A stretch of DNA of 64,000 bases from a virus (Duplodnaviria > Caudoviricetes): the IMG/VR virus record IMGVR_UViG_3300005077_000712, positions 1 through 64,000 of that record. One strand, written 5' to 3'. This document shows, in pieces, positions 8,245-16,278 of this stretch. The position numbers were made by a program, and so were the translations under genes. Within the stretch, counting starts at the first letter, position 1, and each line of letters starts with the position of its first letter. The notes below the pieces were generated by a model. It was given only the letters and a program-made list of their open reading frames with translations. It was not told the DNA's origin and did not search any database.

Positions 8245-8753
8245 TTTATATACTCCTTCATAATTTTATCATAATAAGCAATGATTTCATCAAGTCTTAT
8301 AGGTTTATAGTTCCATTGTTCAACAGAACAATTAATAACAGGAATACCATCTATAAACATATGTTTCCATACACTATGAACATGACCACATAAAACAAAA
8401 TCACAAAAATCAGGGATTTCCGCTTTCATCATTGGCGGTATATGCTGCATTAATACAACTTTATTACCAAACTCAGCCATTACATGAGTAATAATTGTGT
8501 TAAGCCCATTATTATTATCATGATTTCCTCTAATGTAAATTATTTTTCCATTAAGCTGTTTTTCCCATTGTTTGTAATTTCCTTTAAAACAAAAATCACC
8601 AAGAAAATAAACTTCATCTTCAGGGTTTACTCTTTCATTCCAATTTTTAATTAATTGTTCATTCATATGATTTACATCTTTGAATGGTCTAAATTCAAAA
8701 TGAGTAATAGTTTTTGCATGATTAAAATGTGTATCACTAATAAACCATTTCAT
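8241..8753 (-). CDS. Calcineurin-like metallophosphoesterase
   Basis: SDTHFNH, LGDF, GNHD and GHVH motifs. Confidence 0.88.
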   Translation of the reverse strand: MKWFISDTHFNHAKTITHFEFRPFKDVNHMNEQLIKNWNERVNPEDEVYFLGDFCFKGNYKQWEKQLNGKIIYIRGNHDNNNGLNTIITHVMAEFGNKVVLMQHIPPMMKAEIPDFCDFVLCGHVHSVWKHMFIDGIPVINCSVEQWNYKPIRLDEIIAYYDKIMKEYIK

Positions 8754-8754
8754 A

Positions 8755-9000
8755 TTATTTTCCCATATTTAATATTGGAAATTTATCAACATAACTTTCA
8801 GTTTTTATAATTTCATTATCATTTTCATCAAATAAAATAAAATTCTTTTGATCTCCAATTCTTCTAAAATAATCATTACCACCATCAACAGCTATAGCAC
8901 CACATTTACATTCAACAAAATCATGTCTATATATTGACTCAATAACCGTACCACATAATTTACACTTTGCTTTATTTTTTATCATAAATATGTCCACCAT
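8755..9000 (-). CDS. Small Zn-binding protein
   Basis: CKLC...RHDFVECKCGAIAVDGG. Confidence 0.7.
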   Translation of the reverse strand: MVDIFMIKNKAKCKLCGTVIESIYRHDFVECKCGAIAVDGGNDYFRRIGDQKNFILFDENDNEIIKTESYVDKFPILNMGK

Positions 9001-10592
9001 CTCCCATTATGTTGAGGATAATCTAAACATTCCCAAAAACATCCTTTATTAAATCCTTTATTCCATACATGCCAATGGCCAAAATACCATCTCTTTGGTT
9101 GAAATTCTTTAAGAATCATAGATAACCAAATTCTTGATGGATCATCATACTTGTCATATCTATTATTAAGAACACCAAATTCCATAGGACATGTATGACT
9201 AAATACAATATCAATACCATCAAAATTTTTTATGTTATTTACAGAAGTCTCATAATCCTTTTCAGTAATTAACTCTTCAGGAAACCAATCAAACCCTGGA
9301 GTCCTGTATTTTTTATCTATACTCTCAGCACCACCAAGAAATAAACATCTTAAATCATTTATAACCTTTACAGTACCTCTTGGCATATAAATTACATTAG
9401 GCAGTAATTCATCTGTTGTTCTTGCATTGAGAGATGCAAAACAATTTCCAGTAAAAGCTACCTTTCCATCATATCGAGTTATAAGTGTACCCAACGGCAT
9501 AGTAAAACAAAATACATCATCGTTATAATTTATTATTTTACTATTTACTTTATAATTTTTTATAATATCTGAAATAGATATTTTATATATATTTTTTTTC
9601 CCAAAAGCATTTATATGTTGTTTACTTTGTTTTATAGTACAAATTTTATTAGAAGTTATACATAATTCTTGAATTATGTCTGCATCACTTTTATTTATAG
9701 TTGAAAATGTAATTCTATTATTAGAACATCTATGTCCATCTGTAAATTCTAATTCTGATAAAACTATATGTTTTTGTTCAATACTTAATTCTCTAAAAAA
9801 ATTAGGAAAACATTTTTTGGAGTTTAACATTTCATAAATTTTTCTTGAATAATCTCCATAAATTCTTATATAAAAAGGCTGTAATTTATTAAATTTTCCT
9901 TTCTTACACTCTTTAATTGTAAAGGGGAAATTTATATTATTAAGTAATTTAGTTAATCTAACTATTTTATCTTGCCTACTTAATTTAAATTGTATTCTTA
10001 TTTTTTTTGAGTTTGGTTTATAAATAGAATTATCCACAATAGTTGAATCACATACTACCCATACTAATAATCTAAGTAATTCATCTGAAATATTATATTT
10101 ATTATTACAAAATCCCGTTAATCTAAAATCATTTTCATTAATTTGTTTTTGTATTATTTCACTTGCTTTTATTTTATTATTATTTATAATAATATTATGG
10201 CCTAAAGTTACCATCTGTTTTGTATGAAATGATTCAATACTAATAATATCTTTTGCATATTTCTTAATATAATTTATTGGCTTACTATAAGATATTTCTC
10301 CTGTATTAATTTCAAACTGTGCTATTAAATCTTCATTAGTTATAAATTCAATATCTTTCCATCCATCTTTTGTTAAAACATCAGAACCTTTAGCTATACA
10401 TTCGTGATTTCCATCAAGCCATAAAACTTTAGTATCATGTGCTTTTATAAGCCCTTCAACCCAAGATGTTTGATGGGGCCAAAAACCAAAATCCCCAAGT
10501 GCTATTAAATACTCAGGATTTTGCTTATTTATTAATTTATTTAAGTGATAAAACTCCCCATGCAAATCACCACATATTGTTACTTTTCCCAT
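8982..10592 (-). CDS. Metallophosphoesterase containing an intein
   Basis: Start moved to MGKVTICGDLHG because the upstream in-frame part overlaps tRNA-Glu; LGDFG, GNHE, SHT and GHWH motifs. Confidence 0.85.
   Translation of the reverse strand: MGKVTICGDLHGEFYHLNKLINKQNPEYLIALGDFGFWPHQTSWVEGLIKAHDTKVLWLDGNHECIAKGSDVLTKDGWKDIEFITNEDLIAQFEINTGEISYSKPINYIKKYAKDIISIESFHTKQMVTLGHNIIINNNKIKASEIIQKQINENDFRLTGFCNNKYNISDELLRLLVWVVCDSTIVDNSIYKPNSKKIRIQFKLSRQDKIVRLTKLLNNINFPFTIKECKKGKFNKLQPFYIRIYGDYSRKIYEMLNSKKCFPNFFRELSIEQKHIVLSELEFTDGHRCSNNRITFSTINKSDADIIQELCITSNKICTIKQSKQHINAFGKKNIYKISISDIIKNYKVNSKIINYNDDVFCFTMPLGTLITRYDGKVAFTGNCFASLNARTTDELLPNVIYMPRGTVKVINDLRCLFLGGAESIDKKYRTPGFDWFPEELITEKDYETSVNNIKNFDGIDIVFSHTCPMEFGVLNNRYDKYDDPSRIWLSMILKEFQPKRWYFGHWHVWNKGFNKGCFWECLDYPQHNGRWWTYL
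9444..10400 (-). mobile_element. Intein (319 aa) with LAGLIDADG-like domain
   Basis: GNHE|CIAKGSDVLTKDGW...RYDGKVAFTGN|C; central LLVWVVCDS and LEFTDGH. Confidence 0.85.
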
Positions 10593-10612
10593 TTTAATAC
10601 TCTCTATTTTAT

Positions 10613-10684
10613 TAGGGCCATGGAGAATCGAACTCCAACTAACGGGCTGAAAACCCGTTGTACTAACCATTATACGATGACCCC
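10613..10684 (-). tRNA. tRNA-Glu(TTC)
   Basis: GGGGTCA/TGGCCCT acceptor; ACGGG-TTTTCAG-CCCGT arm. Confidence 0.88.
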
Positions 10685-10687
10685 ATA

Positions 10688-10821
10688 TGGGGGATAGATG
10701 GGACTTGAACCCATAACCTTCCGATTACAATTCGATGAAATGTCTTCTACCGCTATTTCTATTAGAAATAGAATTTTAAGAATCCATTTTTTTAACACTC
10801 TACCGTTGAGCTACTATCCCC
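10688..10821 (-). ncRNA. tRNA-like RNA with an inserted Y-RNA-type helix (element C)
   Basis: GGGGATAG/CTATCCCC-CA acceptor, normal D and T arms; about 58-nt insert between D and anticodon-like arm carrying TAGCGGT...CATC. Confidence 0.7.
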
Positions 10822-10826
10822 ATATT

Positions 10827-10918
10827 AAAAAATTACATGAATAATTAATAACAATTTTTTTTCTTTTTACCAAATTGTAGTTGATGTAACTGTTATAACC
10901 GCTATGTAATCATTTTTT
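10827..10918 (-). ncRNA. Putative Y-like RNA (element B)
   Basis: Terminal stem ATTACAT/ATGTAAT, AGCGGT internal loop, ATAACAGTT/AATTGTTAT helix, ACATC; downstream of Ro60. Confidence 0.65.
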
Positions 10919-10926
10919 CCTTAATA

Positions 10927-11024
10927 AAAATGATGGTGTGATTTTACGAATCAAGTTTTTTGTTCAGTAGCCAAAGTTTAAATTTGATTTGAAGTAACTT
11001 AATTCACCGCTACACCATCATTTT
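10927..11024 (-). ncRNA. Putative Y-like RNA (element A)
   Basis: 13-bp terminal stem AAAATGATGGTGT/ACACCATCATTTT, AGCGGT loop, GAATTAAGTT/AACTTGATTC helix, ACTTC; 11 nt from the Ro60 stop. Confidence 0.7.
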
Positions 11025-11035
11025 ACTATTTTATT

Positions 11036-12655
11036 CTATTGTTTGTCAACTCGTTTTTCTATTTCATCCCAAGTATTTATAATTTTTTCTGCAAATACAG
11101 CTTCTTTACCTGTCCAACCTGTTAAAATTGCACCTCTATAAATATTTTCAGGAAGTATAGAGTTATTATACCCTGCTGTTTGAACAGAAAATACATTAAC
11201 TTTTCTATTAACTGTATTTCTATATTCTTCAACAAGTTTTAATACATTTATGTTTCTAATATTAACTATATAATTTCTATAGTCATCTGTATTTAAACCA
11301 TATAATCCACCATGACCAGCTTGCATATCTGAATAAATAAATATATTATCATAATGAGTTTTATTTTTTAGAGCATCTCTAAAAAATATCCATATTCCGT
11401 TTTCAGTTGAACCACCTACATATTTAGGTGCATTTATACTATAAGTTTTATTAGCTGTATTAAGTTGAGTTAAAACTCCATTTCTTTTAGAAACAGAAAT
11501 TATTTCAAGTTTATCTCCAAAATATCCAACATAACCTTCATCAGAATTTATAGCTGTCATAAAACTTGATAAATTATTAATCTCTGCATTTACAACAGTT
11601 CCATATTCACTTGTTAATGCACCCCAAGCTGAACCCGAATTATCAGAAAGACAAATAGTTTTTCCTTTTAGTTTAGGAAAGTTATTCATTGCAATATCAA
11701 TACATTCTTCAAGAGTATCAAGAATTATTGCTTTATGATTAATATTTTCTTTTTCTATATATTTAAAAGCAGTATAGTATCTGAATGGAAATTGTTTTCC
11801 ATAAGGTACACCATTTTTTAAATATTCACAAACTTCTTTTGCAATTTCAACATCTTCAATTTCTGAAAAAATTCCTCTGAGATTACGAAGTAAAGCCATG
11901 TGCGGGACTTTAATAGTATTAAGAATTTCCTTCCAAGTTTTGCCTGCTGATTTAAGTCTTTCCCAAGTAGAATTTTCATCTTCAAGTTCAAGAACTCCTT
12001 GTGATTTCATAAGTTCATTTATTACATCTGAATGAGCATGAGATATACGAACTAAGTCACGAATCATACCTTTAGTTTGATATTTACTAATTTGATATTT
12101 ATTAAAAGTTTGAAGTTTTTCTGCCCAAGATCTTTTTACAATATTAGGCAAATTATTCTTTGAACCTTTTAAATACATATAGTATTCAAACTGATTAGTA
12201 ATATCATCAGGACGTAAAACTATTTTCTTTCCTATTTCTCTCATGAAATAAGGATTTGTTTCATTAAACTTTACACGATCTTTATGAAGCGCTGCTCTGA
12301 TAAATATAACAGCAGGATTCATACGCATAAGATAATTGTTTCTTAAATCAGATGCAAATTCGATAGTTGCTTTGAAATCATAATCAAAGGCATTATCAAT
12401 TGCTTCTGTCATTATATCAACAGTAGAAGTTTTAGGTTCTGAATATCCCATTTTACCTAATGTTGATTTAGAGCCATCTACACCTTTTCTATAGTAAGAA
12501 GGTTCACCAAAAATACCTGAAGCTAATACAATTTTAAGAGTATCTATCGGATTAAGTTTATAACTTGTTCCACCCATAAAATTAGTTACTACTTCTCCGC
12601 TATGCTTTCTAACTGTTGCTGTAGTTTTAAAAGCATGTGTTTTCAATCTGCTCAT
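11036..12655 (-). CDS. Ro60/TROVE-domain RNA-binding protein (Rsr-like)
   Basis: TROVE motifs (MRMNPA, MALLRNL, FPFRY) and vWA MIDAS DNSGS...SDMQ. Confidence 0.9.
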   Translation of the reverse strand: MSRLKTHAFKTTATVRKHSGEVVTNFMGGTSYKLNPIDTLKIVLASGIFGEPSYYRKGVDGSKSTLGKMGYSEPKTSTVDIMTEAIDNAFDYDFKATIEFASDLRNNYLMRMNPAVIFIRAALHKDRVKFNETNPYFMREIGKKIVLRPDDITNQFEYYMYLKGSKNNLPNIVKRSWAEKLQTFNKYQISKYQTKGMIRDLVRISHAHSDVINELMKSQGVLELEDENSTWERLKSAGKTWKEILNTIKVPHMALLRNLRGIFSEIEDVEIAKEVCEYLKNGVPYGKQFPFRYYTAFKYIEKENINHKAIILDTLEECIDIAMNNFPKLKGKTICLSDNSGSAWGALTSEYGTVVNAEINNLSSFMTAINSDEGYVGYFGDKLEIISVSKRNGVLTQLNTANKTYSINAPKYVGGSTENGIWIFFRDALKNKTHYDNIFIYSDMQAGHGGLYGLNTDDYRNYIVNIRNINVLKLVEEYRNTVNRKVNVFSVQTAGYNNSILPENIYRGAILTGWTGKEAVFAEKIINTWDEIEKRVDKQ

Positions 12656-12851
12656 TTTAATCCTCTTTACTTAAATTATTAGTCAAATAGCCAAGATCAC
12701 ATAAATATTTAAAATTTTTAAAACTTATTAGATTATATTGAACCCAATTATAAATTATATCTATATGATGATCTTTAGAGACTGAATTTAATTTTTTAAT
12801 TATATGATGTTTAGTTAATCTTTTTTCCATTTTATATTTCCTTTGTTAATG

Positions 12852-12923
12852 CGGAGTTACGGGGAATTGAACCCCGATCCAGTGATAGACAGTCACCGAT
12901 AATAGCCTTTATAAGATAACTCC
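12852..12923 (-). tRNA. tRNA-Asp(GTC)
   Basis: GGAGTTA/TAACTCC-G73; loop CTGTCTA. Confidence 0.88.
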
Positions 12924-12967
12924 ATAATTAATTTACATCTTTTTATGTATTCTTTTTTTAAATCATT

Positions 12968-13034
12968 TGAAACCGATGGGACTCGAACCCATATCAGACC
13001 TTTAGATCTGCTCTAACCATTGAGCTACGATTTC
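12968..13034 (-). ncRNA. tRNA-like RNA with a 4-nt anticodon loop
   Basis: Canonical acceptor, D (GCTC-AATGGTTA-GAGC) and T arms, but AGATC-TAAA-GGTCT in place of a 7-nt loop. Confidence 0.75.
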
Positions 13035-13104
13035 TATGATAAATATCCGTCGATATTTATCTACCACCACTTTTAATTCTGTGGAATGAATATAAAGCTT
13101 TATG

Positions 13105-13176
13105 TGGATACGGAGGGATTTGAACCCTTTCTTTCTCGTTGCAAGCGAGATGCTTTCCCAATTAAGCTACCGACCC
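13105..13176 (-). tRNA. tRNA-Ala(TGC), bulged acceptor stem
   Basis: G3.U70 pair; TCTCG-CTTGCAA-CGAGA arm. Confidence 0.8.
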
Positions 13177-13393
13177 ATTTTTTTATTCTTTATTAATTAA
13201 AGCAAAAAATCCAAAATTCACTAATGCAAAAAATATACGACTAAACATTTTTTCAACATCTGCACCTTGAATTAGAAGTATGGTAGCTGAAATTATTCCG
13301 AGACAACCCCATATAAGCATCATATTACTAATAGTTTTAATGATCTCTTGTTTGATCTTCATTTGTATCTCCTTTGTATCTCCTTTGTATAAT

Positions 13394-13468
13394 TAGCTTA
13401 CTTCAGATTTGAACTGAAACTTGATCGCTTCTAAGGCGATTCTCTCTACCAAATTGGAGTAGTAAGCC
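13394..13468 (-). tRNA. tRNA-Leu(TAG), short variable loop
   Basis: GGCTTAC/GTAAGCT-A73; ATCGC-CTTAGAA-GCGAT arm; variable CAAGT. Confidence 0.85.
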
Positions 13469-13471
13469 ATG

Positions 13472-13542
13472 CTCTCCTGTCAGGAATCGAACCGAAACTT
13501 ATTGATTCAAAGTCAATCGTGCTACCTTTACACCACAAGAGA
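13472..13542 (-). tRNA. tRNA-Gln(TTG)
   Basis: TCTCTTG/CAGGAGA-G73; ATTGA-CTTTGAA-TCAAT arm. Confidence 0.85.
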
Positions 13543-13555
13543 ATTTTTTACTATG

Positions 13556-13628
13556 GGAGATTAATGGGAATTGAACCCATATCTCTTGAATCACAATCAA
13601 GGGTAATAACCTTTATACCATAATCTCC
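13556..13628 (-). tRNA. tRNA-His(GTG)
   Basis: G-1:C73; loop TTGTGAT. Confidence 0.9.
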
Positions 13629-13655
13629 GTATTATTTTTAAAGAATATATAAAAT

Positions 13656-13729
13656 TCGGAGTGGTGGGACTCGAACCCACGTCTTCTCGAATCCAAATCG
13701 AGTGACTCAAACCACTAGCCTACACTCCG
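13656..13729 (-). tRNA. tRNA-Pro(TGG)
   Basis: CGGAGTG/CACTCCG-A73; loop TTTGGAT. Confidence 0.92.
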
Positions 13730-14156
13730 TGATTTCTACCCTTGTTTAAAGTTGCGGTAGAAGTACAACAAACTCAATGCCTAACTGGACTAAATTGAGT
13801 CTCTGATACTTGTTTTAAATTGCTTCAGGTGGCAATTACAACTTTTTATAGTTGTGTTTGTTTTTGAAAAAACTGAATTTAGAAAGTGATATTTCTTTTC
13901 ATATTTATATCTACTTTTTCAGTTTTTATAAAATTGCAATCATTACAAATATATTTTTTTGTAATGATTTTACTTCCATCATTAATAATTCTAACTTTAA
14001 TATTCTGTTTCCCACAATTTTTGCATTTTACCATATAAACTCCTTTTTAAGAAAAAAGTAAAAATAAAAGTAATCCTATCGCAAGCAATGAATGTCCTGA
14101 ACAAAATAAAACTATTATTAAAATCCACCACCACATTTTATTTCTCCTTTATAATT

Positions 14157-14229
14157 CTGCATGGGCAGGGATCGAACCTGCATTTTTCGATTTAACAGAT
14201 CGATGTTCGACCAATTGAACTACCATGCA
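14157..14229 (-). tRNA. tRNA-Asn(GTT)
   Basis: TGCATGG/CCATGCA-G73; TCGAT-CTGTTAA-ATCGA arm. Confidence 0.92.
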
Positions 14230-14906
14230 ATATTATATGTCTTTTCAAAATTTAATTTTTGTTTTCTATAATCAACAAAAATATTTATTTTCTCTAAATC
14301 TTCCCCTGTTAATATTTTAAGCTTTAATGGAAATTGTGTCCATTTTGCTATATCTTTTTCTGTTACATATCCTTTTATTTCATAATAACATTGCTCATCT
14401 TCAATAAAAAAATCAGGTATGTATCTTCTATACTTTTCTTCAAACTTATACAAAAATGATTCATTAGGTCTTCTCCATTGAATATTTTTTCTATCAAGAT
14501 ATTGAGCAAACTGTACTTCCCACATACCATGAAATTTAATACCATTATATTCAAAAGTCCTATGCTTTGCAAAAGATGTATGCCAAGTATCATCTTTAAT
14601 TTTTTTACTTATAGTTTTTTTTATTTTCTCTTTATGTTCTTCAGATAAACATATTCCTATTTTTTTCTTAGAACCATTTATCATTTTTTGTTTATTTATT
14701 AAATAATTAGGATTTTTATCACACTCATGAGCAACATGATACCCCAAATATTTTTTATTAAAAAGCATATTGCAATATTTACATTTATATAGCAACGATT
14801 CATCAAAAGTATATGTTAATATTTTGTGAATTGTTTTTATATGCCGTATTAAATGATGTTTATAACCAAATTTCCTTCCACAATATTCACAATAAAATTC
14901 ATTCAT
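14220..14906 (-). CDS. Free-standing putative homing endonuclease (C2H2 zinc fingers, NUMOD3-like, PD-(D/E)xK domain)
   Basis: Start MNEFYCEYCG after AGAGG; CxxC...H...H twice; YIPDFF...YYEIKGY; stop codon lies inside tRNA-Asn. Confidence 0.75.
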   Translation of the reverse strand: MNEFYCEYCGRKFGYKHHLIRHIKTIHKILTYTFDESLLYKCKYCNMLFNKKYLGYHVAHECDKNPNYLINKQKMINGSKKKIGICLSEEHKEKIKKTISKKIKDDTWHTSFAKHRTFEYNGIKFHGMWEVQFAQYLDRKNIQWRRPNESFLYKFEEKYRRYIPDFFIEDEQCYYEIKGYVTEKDIAKWTQFPLKLKILTGEDLEKINIFVDYRKQKLNFEKTYNIAW

Positions 14907-14967
14907 TTTTATTACCTCTATAATTATATTATAAAGGTAAAGAATAAAACTGTTATTTTTTATTAAT

Positions 14968-15001
14968 ACAGCCACTTGCTCCACCATTGAGCTACCTTGC
15001 A
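14968..15001 (-). pseudogene. 5' half of a second tRNA-Asn, truncated at the anticodon
   Basis: TGCAAGG-TA-GCTC-AATGGTG-GAGC-A-AGTGG-CTGT, then unrelated AT-rich sequence. Confidence 0.75.
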
Positions 15002-15063
15002 ATATCTTTAGTCGATCTTTAATGTTTTCTTCCCTCGACCAACAACATATATTATTTTATAAT

Positions 15064-15512
15064 AACCGAAGTTCCGTTATCGTAGGAACCCACACCTCTT
15101 ATGCGCTTTCAGAGGACGTTGCATGAGGTCAATAACATTCATTCCATGCAAAGAAAAGCATATCTAATTAGTTTTGATAATCTGCTCAATTATTATCATA
15201 ACCCTTTAACGTAGGAAAAAATCAATTTGGATTAACAAGAATATAAGTTTAATGTTCGATCAAAACATTATTGGCTTTATTTCCATCTCCCATGAACGCA
15301 TCCAAAATTAATTAACCCCATATTATTTCATAGATGAACTTACTTTAATATGTTTGCCATACTCTCAAGGCATTATTATTAATTAGTGATACACCCATAA
15401 TGAGTATGGAACTATGGGTAACACGTCACAATATTTAATCAGTTGTGATTCTGATATAGGATTTTACCTATATAAAAAACGAACTTCACAGTCTTAGCAA
15501 CTCCACCCGTTT
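15064..15512 (-). ncRNA. Large (about 450 nt) unclassified structured RNA
   Basis: ORF-free; GAAGTTCGTT near the 5' end pairs with AACGGAACTTC near the 3' end; about ten internal hairpins. Confidence 0.55.
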
Positions 15513-15521
15513 TTTATGATG

Positions 15522-15593
15522 AGCGTTAAGCGAGACTCGAACTCGCAACATTTAGTTTGGAGGACTAATTTTCTACCATTGAATTATTAACGC
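15522..15593 (-). tRNA. tRNA-Gly(TCC), C33
   Basis: GCGTTAA/TTAACGC-U73; TTAGT-CCTCCAA-ACTAA arm. Confidence 0.85.
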
Positions 15594-15600
15594 AAATAAA

Positions 15601-15747
15601 ATAAACAATATTCAGGGTACAGCCAAAATTTCTATATAACAAGTTATACAGCCTTTATTATTGACGTTTTTCCTGCTTGTCATCAATTCATCGTGCGCTT
15701 ATGATCACTATCACACAATTCATCTATATACCCTGAATATTGTTTAT
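15601..15747 (-). ncRNA. Structured RNA closed by a perfect 19-bp stem
   Basis: ataaacaatattcagggta...taccctgaatattgtttat enclosing about 110 nt with sub-hairpins; strand inferred from context. Confidence 0.5.
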
Positions 15748-15811
15748 GAGCTTATACTTGTTATATGAAATTAAATTATTCTAAACTTCATATAACAGGT
15801 ATAAGTTAATT

Positions 15812-15897
15812 TGTGAAATATAGGAATCGAACCTATCAAGAAGTTATTTCGGACTAGTACCTTATTACCTTCACCTCTCCATTGAGGCATATTTCCC
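15812..15897 (-). ncRNA. tRNA-like RNA with an expanded anticodon arm
   Basis: D arm GCCTC-AATGGA-GAGGT; T arm ATAGG-TTCGATT-CCTAT; GAAG-(25 nt)-CTTC in place of the anticodon arm. Confidence 0.65.
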
Positions 15898-15970
15898 AGC
15901 TTACTCATTTCACAGTTTAATAATTGTGAAGGACAGAAACCCCACACATTAGTTTAAGTTCTGTTTTATG

Positions 15971-16044
15971 CCTGACTTCTTGGTATCGATCCAAGTTCTT
16001 ACGGGCTTCAACCCGCCACTATGCACTTCACTAGCTCAAGTCAG
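15971..16044 (-). ncRNA. Non-canonical tRNA-like RNA (6-nt loop TTGAAG, T loop ATCGATA)
   Basis: CTGACTT/AAGTCAG acceptor; GCGGG/CCCGT stem; D loop lacks GG. Confidence 0.65.
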
Positions 16045-16197
16045 ATAAATAAAGTTTGTCTCTACCATAACCAAAAAAAATACATTTAGAAACATTTTTC
16101 ACAAAGCTCTACGGCCGTGCTACTAAGTTTTACATTTACCTTGAATTGCAATTTCATTTTTTAATGGTTAAGGTAAATAAACTTTAAAACTCTTATG

Positions 16198-16273
16198 TTG
16201 CAGGGGAGGGACTCGAACCCTCGTAAAAACGACTTATGAGACCGCGCTGGAACCAACTCCAGTCCACCCTGCA
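16198..16273 (-). tRNA. tRNA-Met(CAT), initiator-like
   Basis: TGCAGGG/CCCTGCA-A; GACTGG-AGTTGGTT-CCAG D arm; loop CTCATAA. Confidence 0.8.
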
Positions 16274-16278
16274 ATATT

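Noticed and set aside
10593-10670. N-terminal extension of the 562-aa ORF (MVSTTGFQPV...)
   Set aside because: It runs through tRNA-Glu; the phosphoesterase motif begins at MGKV
14907-15002. N-terminal extension MQGSSMVEQVAV of the endonuclease ORF
   Set aside because: This is the half tRNA-Asn read as codons; the SD lies before MNEF
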